Shown: positions 22,867 through 31,732 of the stretch, in pieces
Layout of the letters: each line of letters opens with the position of its first letter
Numbering within the stretch: the first letter of the stretch is position 1
From: an uncultured Chloroflexia bacterium
GTDB lineage: Bacteria; Chloroflexota; Limnocylindria; Limnocylindrales; CSP1-4
NCBI GenBank assembly: GCA_963729175.1
Contig: CAVSMY010000015.1
Span: forward strand, 5,841-69,840
DNA: 64,000 bases
Reading direction: 5' to 3'
Program-made: the position numbers and the translations under genes
The notes under the pieces: model-generated
Told to the model about the DNA's origin: nothing
What the model saw: only the letters and a program-made list of their open reading frames with translations
Database searches by the model: none

Positions 22867-24075
22867 ATGACGGCGGGGGTGACGAGGGTGGATCGATCCA
22901 GCCGGACGAGCTGGCCGCTACGGCTCGTGACGCTCGGACTGACGATCGTCGGGCTCGTCGCCGGCATCGCGGGGGCCCTCATCCCAGGGGGCCTGGGGCC
23001 GGAGGGTCCCATCTTCGCGGCGGTCGGGGTCGCCTTCCTTGGGGTCGGACTGCTGATCGTGGAGCGGTCCGGCGCCACCAGCGTCGGCTGGACATCGTGG
23101 TTGATCGGCGCCCTGGTCGCCGGCTTCGCGGCTGCCGATGTCTACGTCCGGATCACGCCTCCGCTTCCGAGTCAGCAGGACGTCGCATGGCTTATCAGCA
23201 TCATCGACGGCCCGTTCTTCCTCCTCATCGCTCTCCTGTTCCTCAGGATCCCCGATGGCCATCTGCCCTCGCCGCGGTGGCGGATCCTCGTGGCCGTCAT
23301 GGTCATCCTGGCCACAGCGACGGTCATCCGATCCGCGACGACGGCAGGCCCGCTGCCCTACTACCCGTGGATCACGAACCCGTTCGGGATCGCCGGTGTC
23401 GAGGGGTCGGTGATCGCAAGCCTGCCCTACGGTCTGCTCGTCGGATGCGTGGTCATCGCGGCGTTGTCGCTTTTCGTCCGCTGGCGCAAGGCGGACGCGA
23501 TCGAGCGAGCCCAGCTCAAGTGGATCGTGGCCGCGGCTGCCCTGGTCGGCATCGCGATGCTCGGGTACGGGATCGAGGCGGGGCCGGGTGAGTACTCCCA
23601 GCTCGGCGACATCGCGATCGGTGTGGCGTTGCTGCTCTTCCCGATCGCGGTCGGGATCGCGATCCTCCGCTATCGCCTGTACGAGATCGACCGGCTCATC
23701 AGCCGGACGATCTCCTGGGCCATCGTGACGGCGACTCTTGCGGCGGTCTTCGTCGTGGTCGTCGTCGGGCTGCAGGCGCTCCTGGCCACGTTCACCGCGG
23801 CGAACACGCTCGCGGTCGCCGCCTCGACGCTCGTCGTGTTCGGGCTATTCCAGCCGGTCCGGCGCAGGGTCCAGGCGGCCGTTGACCGGCGGTTCGATCG
23901 GGCCAAGGTCGACGCCGAGCAGACCGTCGACGCCCTGGCCTCCCGGCTTCGGGACGACGTCGACCTCGAGGCCGTCCGGGCCGAGATCATGGACGCGGTC
24001 GACGGTGCCCTGCACCCGGCGGGGAGCGGGCTGTGGCTGCGGGTCCCGGATCGTCCCAGTGAGGGTGCGGGGTGA
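22867..24075 (+). CDS. Family-A polytopic membrane protein, paralog A6
   Basis: Motifs: VERSGATSVGWTSWLIG, IPDGHLPSPRWR, TNPFGI, AQLKW, ILRYRLYEIDRLISRTISWAIVT, AVDRRFDRAKVDAE. Start uncertain (ATG 22867, or GTG at 22837/22843). Confidence 0.85.
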   Translation: MTAGVTRVDRSSRTSWPLRLVTLGLTIVGLVAGIAGALIPGGLGPEGPIFAAVGVAFLGVGLLIVERSGATSVGWTSWLIGALVAGFAAADVYVRITPPLPSQQDVAWLISIIDGPFFLLIALLFLRIPDGHLPSPRWRILVAVMVILATATVIRSATTAGPLPYYPWITNPFGIAGVEGSVIASLPYGLLVGCVVIAALSLFVRWRKADAIERAQLKWIVAAAALVGIAMLGYGIEAGPGEYSQLGDIAIGVALLLFPIAVGIAILRYRLYEIDRLISRTISWAIVTATLAAVFVVVVVGLQALLATFTAANTLAVAASTLVVFGLFQPVRRRVQAAVDRRFDRAKVDAEQTVDALASRLRDDVDLEAVRAEIMDAVDGALHPAGSGLWLRVPDRPSEGAG

Positions 24076-24530
24076 GCTGGCACATCGCGGTCGAGCTCGT
24101 CCACGTCGTCGCCGCGATCGTCTTCGCCGCCGGCTACATCAGCACGAACGTCCTGACCGAGCTGGCTCGCGAGACCGACGAAGCACCGACGCGCCGCGTC
24201 GCCCTCGGACTTTCCGGGGTGTTCGATCAATTCCTCGTCATCCCGTTCGGGACCCTCGCCGGACTGTCGGGTCTGGTGCTCTTCCCGGTGCTCGGCTACC
24301 CGATCACGAGCCAGTGGGTGTGGCTTTCGACGCTCCTGTATCTCGGCGTGATCGGCCTTGGGATCACCGTCTGGCGAGCCCGCGGCCTGCGGATCGAGGC
24401 GGCCCTCGCCGACGACGACGATGCGGCGGTGGTGGCCCTGTTGCGCGATCAGCGGTACGTCGCGCTGTCGCGCGGCGAGAATGTCGTCGTCTTCCTCATC
24501 GTCGTGCTCATGATCGTCAGACCGTCGTAA
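24072..24530 (+). CDS. Small 4-TM integral membrane protein (DUF2269-like by recollection)
   Basis: 152 aa, GTGA overlap with A6. Four hydrophobic segments (HVVAAIVFAAGY, LVIPFGTLAGLSGLVLF, WVWLSTLLYLGVIGLGI, VVVFLIVVLMIV). Confidence 0.5.
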   Translation: MSWHIAVELVHVVAAIVFAAGYISTNVLTELARETDEAPTRRVALGLSGVFDQFLVIPFGTLAGLSGLVLFPVLGYPITSQWVWLSTLLYLGVIGLGITVWRARGLRIEAALADDDDAAVVALLRDQRYVALSRGENVVVFLIVVLMIVRPS

Positions 24531-24564
24531 CGGTTCCCGGACGGAGGGTCGCGAGACTGCTGCC

Positions 24565-26178
24565 ATGACGTTCATCCAGTCGCTCCGACGGACGGTGGGA
24601 CGCGGCGCACGTGACGAGGCGCCGCCGACGCCGGATACACCCCATCCCGCGGTGGCCGACGAGCCCGCGAGCATCGCCGTGGAGATCGCGCCGACCGACC
24701 CGCTCTTCGCCGTCCTCGAGTCGGCCGTCGGCGTCGTCGATGTCGATCGCATCGACCTCGACTCACCGGCGGTGCGGGAGCTCCGGGCCGCCGGTGTCCG
24801 GGTCGTCGTCCCGCTCGTGACCCAGGGAGAGTTGATCGGTGCCCTGTACCTCGGGCCCCGTCTGTCCGACCAGGACTACTCGACCGACGACCGTCGGCTG
24901 CTCACGACCCTCGCCGCCCAGGCCGCCCCGGCGATCCGGGTCGCCCAGCTCGTCGCCGAGCAGGCCGTCGAGATCCAGGCCCGTGAGCGACTGGACCAGG
25001 AGCTCCGCCTGGCGACATTGATCCAGCAGCAGTTCCTGCCCCACGCGCTGCCCGACCTGCCCGACTGGCAGGTGGCCGCCTACTACGGCCCGGCCCGGGC
25101 GGTCGGCGGTGACTTCTACGACTTCATCGAGCTGCCCGACGGCCGGATCGGGGTCGTCATCGGCGACGTGACCGACAAGGGCGTCCCTGCGGCACTGCTC
25201 ATGGCCCGGACGCACTCGATCCTCCGCGGCGAGGCACCGAGGCTTGTCGAGCCGGGAGCGGTCCTCGCGTCGGCCAACGAGGCGCTCTGCCAGGAGACCC
25301 CGGCGAACATGTTCGTCACCTGCCTGTACGCGGTGCTCGACCCGGCGACCGGTCGGCTGGTCTTCGCGAACGCCGGTCACAACCTGCCCTATGTCCGGGG
25401 CACCGACGGCGTGACCGAGCTCCGGGCGACCGGGATGCCCCTGGGCCTGATGCCCGGGATGGTGTACGACGAGGTCGTCGCGACGATCGGCGCCGGCGAG
25501 ACCGTGCTGCTGTCCTCGGACGGGTTCGTCGAGGCCCACGACCCCGGGGGCCAGATGTACGGCTTCCCGCGCCTGAAGGATGCCTTCGCGACGGAGCAGG
25601 CCGGGAGCGACACGATCGACGGGCTGCTCGAGGACCTGCGGACCTTCACCGGCAGGGACTGGGAGCAGGAGGACGACATCACCCTCGTCGCCCTGCGGCG
25701 ATCGGCCGAGACCGGGCGGACCTTCATGTTCGGCCATCCCGAGGAGACGCCGAGCGTCCTGGTCGACACCCTGATCGCCGGTGAGATCGGCAACGAGCGC
25801 CAGGCGATGGAGATGGTCGCCGCGGCCGTCGCCCCGCTCGGGCTCCCCGCCGATCGGCTCGAACGACTCAAGACCGCGGTGGCCGAGACCACGATGAACG
25901 CGATCGAATACGGCAGCCAGGGTCGAGCCGACGTGCCCGTCCGGCTCCAGGTCTTCGCCACCGACGAGGCCGTGACGGTCCGGGTGACCGACCGGGCCCT
26001 CGGCGGCACGATCCCCGACGAGCCGGAGACCCCGGACCTCGAGGCGAAGCTCGCCGGGCTCCAGAAGGCCCGCGGGTGGGGCCTCTTCCTGATCGAGCAG
26101 ATGGTCGACCGAGTGACGGTCGAACCGACCGAGGACGGCCAGGCCGTCGTCCTCCTGATGCGCAGAGGAGATGCCTGA
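24565..26178 (+). CDS. Fused GAF-like / PP2C (SpoIIE-type) Ser phosphatase / RsbW-like HATPase protein
   Basis: 537 aa. End of a GAF domain (QGELIGALYLGPR...DDRRLLTTLAAQAAPAI). PP2C motifs (GGDFYDF, GVVIGDVTDKGVPAALLM, NAGHNLPY, LSSDGFVE, DDITLVAL). C-terminal anti-sigma-kinase-like ATPase (TAVAETTMNAIEYG...ARGWGLFLIEQMVD). Confidence 0.85.
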   Translation: MTFIQSLRRTVGRGARDEAPPTPDTPHPAVADEPASIAVEIAPTDPLFAVLESAVGVVDVDRIDLDSPAVRELRAAGVRVVVPLVTQGELIGALYLGPRLSDQDYSTDDRRLLTTLAAQAAPAIRVAQLVAEQAVEIQARERLDQELRLATLIQQQFLPHALPDLPDWQVAAYYGPARAVGGDFYDFIELPDGRIGVVIGDVTDKGVPAALLMARTHSILRGEAPRLVEPGAVLASANEALCQETPANMFVTCLYAVLDPATGRLVFANAGHNLPYVRGTDGVTELRATGMPLGLMPGMVYDEVVATIGAGETVLLSSDGFVEAHDPGGQMYGFPRLKDAFATEQAGSDTIDGLLEDLRTFTGRDWEQEDDITLVALRRSAETGRTFMFGHPEETPSVLVDTLIAGEIGNERQAMEMVAAAVAPLGLPADRLERLKTAVAETTMNAIEYGSQGRADVPVRLQVFATDEAVTVRVTDRALGGTIPDEPETPDLEAKLAGLQKARGWGLFLIEQMVDRVTVEPTEDGQAVVLLMRRGDA

Positions 26179-26531
26179 TGGCTGGCGAGCAGCTCGACGT
26201 GCGGGTCGAGGCCGGCCCGCAGACCTCCCGGATCGTGATGTCCGGGCGGCTCGACCGCGAGGGCGACGCGGCGATGGCCGATGGCTACAGCCGGGCGGAG
26301 GCGTCCGGTGCGACGACCGTCGTGCTCGACTTCACGGCCGTCGACTACATCAACAGCACCGGGATCGCCCTGGTCGTCCGGTTGCTCGGGGAGGCCCGAC
26401 GCGACCATCGCACGGTCCGCGCGACGGGTCTGAGCCCGCACTACCGGGAGATCTTCCGGATCACCCGCCTGTCGGATTTCATGATCATCGAGGACGAGGC
26501 GACGACCGTCGCAGAGCCGGCCGTGTCCTGA
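26178..26531 (+). CDS. STAS-domain anti-sigma-factor antagonist (RsbV/SpoIIAA-like)
   Basis: 117 aa. The ATG shares one base with the upstream stop (TGATG). VVLDFTAVDYINSTGIALVV contains the conserved phosphorylatable Ser/Thr context. The C-terminus LSPHYREIFRITRL is STAS-like. Confidence 0.8.
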   Translation: MAGEQLDVRVEAGPQTSRIVMSGRLDREGDAAMADGYSRAEASGATTVVLDFTAVDYINSTGIALVVRLLGEARRDHRTVRATGLSPHYREIFRITRLSDFMIIEDEATTVAEPAVS

Positions 26532-27754
26532 TGCCGGTGGCCCACGCGGTGACACCGGCGCGACTCGGCGCGCTCGCCCTGTGGTCCGTCGCAGTGCTAG
26601 CCGGACTGACGCTCAGCGCTGCGTTCCTCCAGAACCAGGAGTGGCTCGGGACCGATCTCGCCTTCGGCCTGTTCGTCCTGGTCGTCGTCGCCGATTCGAT
26701 GGTCTTCGCGTCGATGGGCGCTCTGATCATCTTCCGGCGTCCGACGAACCACGTCGGCTGGCTCCTGGCCGGGATCGGGCCGCTCCTGAGCATGACGTTC
26801 ACTGGCTATGTGATCGGCGCGGTCAGAACGGAGAACCTCGGGCCCGATGATGTGGTGGCCGGACTCCTGAGCTTGCTCGGCGGGATCGGGTTCTACTCGT
26901 TGTTCCTCATGCTGGCCCTGACGGCGATCCTCTTTCCGGACGGTCGGCTTCCGTCGCGACGGTGGCGTCTCCCGGTTGCGCTGGGGGCCGCCCCACTCGT
27001 CGTCGCCGTGCCCATCGCGCTGGTCAAGCCCGGGCCGGTCGACGTCGGGCTGGCGAACAACCCGCTGGGGATCCAGCTCGACGCGATGGCGCAGATCCGT
27101 CTCGTCACGGAGCCGCTCGCCACCATCGCCATTCCGGCGCTCCTCGCCCTCGGCGCCACGGCCGTGCTCGTTCGGTTTCGACACGCGGACGGAGACACTC
27201 GCGAGCAGTTGAAATGGCTCCTTGGGGCAGTCGCCGTCGTCGTGGTGCTGGTCGCGCTGAGCTTTTCGCAGCCGAGCGAGGAGCTCGCACCGACGGCCGT
27301 CCTTGCGGTCGCGAGCCTCTCGCTGCTCCCGATCTCGATCGGTGTGGCCGTCCTCCGGTATCGGCTGTACGAGATCGATCGCCTGGTCAGCCGGACGGTC
27401 AGCTGGTCGATCGTTACGGTCGTCCTGCTGGCGACCTTCGGGGTCGGGCTGCTGGCCCTCCAGGCGCTCCTCGCGGGAGTCACCCAGGGCCAGACGATCG
27501 CCGTCGCGGCCTCGACACTGATCGCCCTGGCGGCCTTCCAGCCGGTCCGCCGGCGGGTCCAGCGGGCGGTCGACCGGCGGTTCGACCGGACCCGCTACGA
27601 CGGCGACCGGGTGGTCGCGGCGTTCGCCGCTCGGATGCGAGACCAGCTCGATCTGGCCCTCCTGACGGGCGAGATCGGGAGGGTCGCCACGGAGACGGTC
27701 CGCCCGACGCGCGCGAGCGTCTGGATCCGGGCGGCCCGGGCCGACGGTCGATGA
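26531..27754 (+). CDS. Family-A polytopic membrane protein, paralog A7
   Basis: TGATG junction with the STAS gene. Motifs: FRRPTNHVGWLLAGIG, FPDGRLPSRRWR, NNPLGI, EQLKW, VLRYRLYEIDRLVSRTVSWSIVT, AVDRRFDRTRYDGD. Confidence 0.9.
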   Translation: MPVAHAVTPARLGALALWSVAVLAGLTLSAAFLQNQEWLGTDLAFGLFVLVVVADSMVFASMGALIIFRRPTNHVGWLLAGIGPLLSMTFTGYVIGAVRTENLGPDDVVAGLLSLLGGIGFYSLFLMLALTAILFPDGRLPSRRWRLPVALGAAPLVVAVPIALVKPGPVDVGLANNPLGIQLDAMAQIRLVTEPLATIAIPALLALGATAVLVRFRHADGDTREQLKWLLGAVAVVVVLVALSFSQPSEELAPTAVLAVASLSLLPISIGVAVLRYRLYEIDRLVSRTVSWSIVTVVLLATFGVGLLALQALLAGVTQGQTIAVAASTLIALAAFQPVRRRVQRAVDRRFDRTRYDGDRVVAAFAARMRDQLDLALLTGEIGRVATETVRPTRASVWIRAARADGR

Positions 27755-28992
27755 CCGAGCGAGATCTCCGGACGACGGGACCCGGCGAGCGCGTCGCTGC
27801 CGCGCTGCTCTGGATCCTCGCGGCGGTGGCAAGCTCGGCCCTCGTCGGGGCGGTCCTCATCGGCGGTGCCGAGCAGTTCGGTCCGCCCGACGATCCGGCC
27901 ACGATCGCCTTCGTCCTCTTTCTCGCCCTTGCGTCGATGGCTTTCGCGACCGCCGGGATCCTCGTGGTCGTCCGTCGACCCGGGAACATCATCGGCTGGC
28001 TCATGCTCGCGATCGGCCCCTTGATCTCGGGAGCGTTCACCGGCTTCGCGCTCGGAGCCCTCTCCACCGCCGCCCTCGGTCCCGACGATCTGCGTGCCGG
28101 CTTCCTCAGCATGCTCGGCGTGACGACGCTCCTGCCGGCGCTCGCCCTCGTCGGGATCCTCACCCTCGTCTATCCGACGGGACACTTCCTGTCGCGACGG
28201 TGGGCCTGGCTGACGGCGATCGTCGCCGCGCCGATCGTGCTGGATGAGCTCCTCATCGTCATCCGGCCGGGCCAGCTCGACCCCACGCTGGCCCGCAACC
28301 CGCTCGGATTCGGGACATTCCTGCCGATGGAGCAGGCCGTCATCTTCGATGGGATCGCGTATCCGGCGACGTTCCTCCTCGTGCTCCTCGGGTTCCTGTC
28401 GATGCTGGTGCGACTGCGTGGGGCCGACGCGGTCACCCGGCAGCAGCTGAAGTGGTTCCTTGCCGCGGTCGCGGTGATCTTCGTCACGGGTGTCGCGAGC
28501 AGCCTCGGCGAGTCGAACAGCAACGACGTCATCGATCTGCTGGCGGTCGCCAGCTATGCCCTGCTGCCGACTGCGGTCTGCATCGCGATCCTGCGCTATC
28601 GGCTGTATGAGATCGACCGACTGGTCAGTCGGACCGTCAGCTGGGCGATCGTGACGGCCGTCCTGGTGGCGACGTTCGCGGCCGGCCTGCTGGCCCTCCA
28701 GACGATCCTTGCCGACGTCACCCAGGGCGACACGATCGCCGTGGCGGCCTCGACGCTCATCGCCCTGGCCGTCTTCCAGCCCGTCCGCCGGCGGGTCCAG
28801 CGGGCGGTCGACCGCCGGTTCGACCGGAGCCGCTACGACGCGGAGCGGGTGATCGATGACTTCGGCACGCGCCTGCGTGACCAGCTCGACCTGTCGCTTC
28901 TCAGGAGCGAGGTCGGGCGGGTCGCGACCGAGACCGTCCGTCCGACGCGGGCGAGCGTCTGGATCCGGCCGATCCGGCCGGGCGGCCGATGA
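27751..28992 (+). CDS. Family-A polytopic membrane protein, paralog A8
   Basis: ATGA overlap with A7. Motifs: VRRPGNIIGWLMLAIG, YPTGHFLSRRWA, RNPLGF, QQLKW, ILRYRLYEIDRLVSRTVSWAIVT, AVDRRFDRSRYDAE. Confidence 0.9.
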   Translation: MTERDLRTTGPGERVAAALLWILAAVASSALVGAVLIGGAEQFGPPDDPATIAFVLFLALASMAFATAGILVVVRRPGNIIGWLMLAIGPLISGAFTGFALGALSTAALGPDDLRAGFLSMLGVTTLLPALALVGILTLVYPTGHFLSRRWAWLTAIVAAPIVLDELLIVIRPGQLDPTLARNPLGFGTFLPMEQAVIFDGIAYPATFLLVLLGFLSMLVRLRGADAVTRQQLKWFLAAVAVIFVTGVASSLGESNSNDVIDLLAVASYALLPTAVCIAILRYRLYEIDRLVSRTVSWAIVTAVLVATFAAGLLALQTILADVTQGDTIAVAASTLIALAVFQPVRRRVQRAVDRRFDRSRYDAERVIDDFGTRLRDQLDLSLLRSEVGRVATETVRPTRASVWIRPIRPGGR

Positions 28993-29095
28993 GCGGTCCG
29001 GGCGCGCGGCGGGCGCACCGTCGTAACGATGACCGGACACCCGCGCGGTACACCATGCGCACACTGACGAGCAAGCGACGGATCGGAGGGGCGAG

Positions 29096-29440
29096 ATGAC
29101 AGCGACGACGGTCGAAGTGGAGCCGATCGACGGGACGGCGATCCTGCACATCCGCGGCGAGGTGACCGCGGCGTCCGAGGGGGCACTGATGGACGCCTAC
29201 GGCGCCGCGACCGCGGCTGGCGCGACGACGATCGTCCTCGACTTCAGCAACCTCGAGTACATGAACAGCGGTGGCATCGGGCTGATGGTCACGCTCCTCA
29301 TCCGGGTCCAGCGAGCGGGCCAGAAGCTCATGGCCGCGGGGCTGTCGGACCACTACCGCCAGATCATGTCGCTGACCCGCCTCGACGAGGCGATCGCGAT
29401 CCACGACACACCCGCCTCGGCGCTGGCCGCGACGGTCTGA
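29096..29440 (+). CDS. STAS-domain anti-sigma-factor antagonist, second copy
   Basis: 114 aa, GGAGGGG SD. IVLDFSNLEYMNSGGIGLMV and LSDHYRQIMSLTRL parallel the first STAS protein. Confidence 0.8.
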   Translation: MTATTVEVEPIDGTAILHIRGEVTAASEGALMDAYGAATAAGATTIVLDFSNLEYMNSGGIGLMVTLLIRVQRAGQKLMAAGLSDHYRQIMSLTRLDEAIAIHDTPASALAATV

Positions 29441-29450
29441 GGACACGACG

Positions 29451-30236
29451 ATGGCCACTTCCCCGACCCCACCGATCGACACGACGCCGTCGACAGACGC
29501 TTCGCCTGCGAAGCCGGTCGATGCCGCTCCCGCCGCGGCCAAGGGCTCCGGCTGGGCCTCTCCGGTCGACCGCCTGACGGTCACGACCGCTCCGAAGGGG
29601 GCGATGCCGGTGACCGTCCAGGGCCGGCGGCTGGCGGGTCCCCTTCAGGGCTTCGGGCAGCTGTGGCAGAAGACGTTCCGCATCCGCCTCGACGGCCAGG
29701 CCGACCCGGCCGCGGTCGTCGCCCACTGGAAGGCCCACTTCCCGGAGTTCTGGCCGAAGGGCAACACGTTCTACGCTCCGCTCGAGGGCATCAAGCCCGG
29801 CGAGGTCGCTCTCCTGAAGGTCACCGCCGCCGGCCCGGTGAAGCTCAACAGCGGCGTCATGGTCATCTACGCCGACGACACGTCGTTCTCGCTCATGACC
29901 CCGGAGGGCCACACGTTGGCGGCCTGGATCACCTTCAGCGCCGAGCGCGATGCCGCGACCGGCGACGTGGTGGCCCAGACGCAGGCGCTGGAGCGGCCGT
30001 CCGATCCGTTCTACGAGATGGCGTACCTGCTCGGTGCGAACGAGAAGAACAGCCGGTTCTGGGAGGCCACGCTCGAGAACCTCGCCCGATCCCTCGGGGT
30101 CGAGGGCCGCTGCGAGCGCACGATCGTCCGGGTCGATCCGAAGCGCCAGTGGCGCCACGCCGGGAACGTGGTCCACAACGCGAACATCCGTGGCACCTTC
30201 TGGACGATCACCCACCCGCGGTCCTGGCGGCGCTGA
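29451..30236 (+). CDS. Conserved-looking hypothetical protein, no domain recognised
   Basis: 261-aa ORF 10 nt after the STAS gene. Non-repetitive, balanced composition (e.g. GFGQLWQKTFRIRL, HWKAHFPEFWPKGNTFYAPLEGIKPGEV). Low-complexity Pro/Thr/Ala N-terminus. Confidence 0.6.
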   Translation: MATSPTPPIDTTPSTDASPAKPVDAAPAAAKGSGWASPVDRLTVTTAPKGAMPVTVQGRRLAGPLQGFGQLWQKTFRIRLDGQADPAAVVAHWKAHFPEFWPKGNTFYAPLEGIKPGEVALLKVTAAGPVKLNSGVMVIYADDTSFSLMTPEGHTLAAWITFSAERDAATGDVVAQTQALERPSDPFYEMAYLLGANEKNSRFWEATLENLARSLGVEGRCERTIVRVDPKRQWRHAGNVVHNANIRGTFWTITHPRSWRR

Positions 30237-30278
30237 CCCGCGCCACCCGACCGATCACCTGCTGACACCGACACACGC

Positions 30279-31716
30279 GTGACCGACCGGCTCGACGCCG
30301 TCGTCGTCGGCGCCGGGCCGAACGGGCTGGCGGCGGCGATCACCCTTGCCCAGGCGGGCTGGTCGGTCCGCGTCGTCGAGGCGTCCGACACGCCCGGAGG
30401 CGGCAGCCGCTCGGCCGAGCTGACGCTGCCCGGATACATCCACGATGTCTGCGCGACCGTCATGGGCACGCACCTCGCCTCGCCGTTCTTTCGCGACGTT
30501 GTGGACCTCAGTCGTCACGGTCTGGAGTTCGCGACCCCGGACGCGCCGCTCGGCCACGCGCTCGACGATGGCCGAGCGGTCATGCTGGAGCGGTCCGTCG
30601 ACGCGACCGCGGCGGGCCTCGGACGGGACGGGACCGCCTACCGACGACTCGTCGGGCCGCTCGTCGCGGACGCCGACCGGCTGCTGCCCTGGCTCCTCGG
30701 CCCGGTGGCCCGGCCGACCCGTCACCCGATCGCCCAGGCCCGGTTCGGCATCCCGGGTATCGCCTCGGCGACGGTTCTCGCGCGGACGGTGTTCCGCGAG
30801 GAACCGGGCCGGGCGCTGCTCGCCGGGCTCGCCGGTCACTCGATGCTGCCGCTCCGCGAGCCGGGTACCGCCGGCTTCGCCCTCGTCCTCGCGCTGATGG
30901 CCCACGTCACCGGCTGGCCGGTGGTCCGTGGCGGAGCAGGCAGACTGGCCGAGGCGATGACAGCCGAGCTCCTGTCGCTCGGCGGCGAGATCGAGACGGG
31001 CCGTCGGGTCGAGAGCCTCGAGGAGCTCCCGACGGCGCGGGCGACGCTGCTCGACCTGTCGCCTCGCCAGGTCGTGGCGATCGCCGGCGGACGGCTCCCG
31101 GACCGCTACCGCCGTCGCCTGGCCGGGTTCCGCTACGGGCCGGGCGTCTGCAAGGTCGACTGGGCCCTCTCCGGACCGATCCCCTGGCAGGCCCCCGAGC
31201 TGGCCCGCGCCGGGACGGTCCATGTCGGTGGATCCGCTGGCCGAGATCGCAGCGGCCGAGCGCGAGCCGCATCGCGGTCGGGACGCCGCTCGACCGTATC
31301 TGCTGCTCGTCCAGGCCACCCGGTTCGACCCGACGCGGGCGCCCGACGGCGGCCAGACGGCCTGGGCGTACTGCCACGTGCCCCACGGCTCGGCCGTCGA
31401 CGTGAGCTCGGCGATGGAGGCCCAGATCGAGCGCTTCGCACCGGGGTTCCGCGACACGATCATCGGTCGTTCGGTGAAGACCGCGGCGGCGATGGAGGCC
31501 TACGACGCGAACTACGTCGGCGGCGACATCAACGGCGGCGTCCAGGACCTGCGGCAGCTGTTCGGTCGACCGATCCTGACCCGCGACCCGTACGCGACCC
31601 CCGTCCGGGGCCTGTACATCTGCTCGTCGTCGACGCCGCCGGGCGGCGGCGTCCACGGCATGTCGGGCTACCTCGCCGCACGATCGGCGCTTCGACGCAC
31701 AGGCCGCGACCGCTGA
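30279..31716 (+). CDS. FAD/NAD(P)-dependent oxidoreductase of the phytoene-desaturase (CrtI-like) family; one apparent frameshift (about 31233)
   Basis: Dinucleotide fold VVVGAGPNGLAAAITLAQAGWSVRVVEASDTPGGG. After the shift: LAEIAAAEREPHRGR...YLLLVQATRFDPTRAP...YICSSSTPPGGGVHGMSG, a typical C-terminus. Confidence 0.75.
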
Positions 31717-31732
31717 ACCCAGGGACGAGCGA

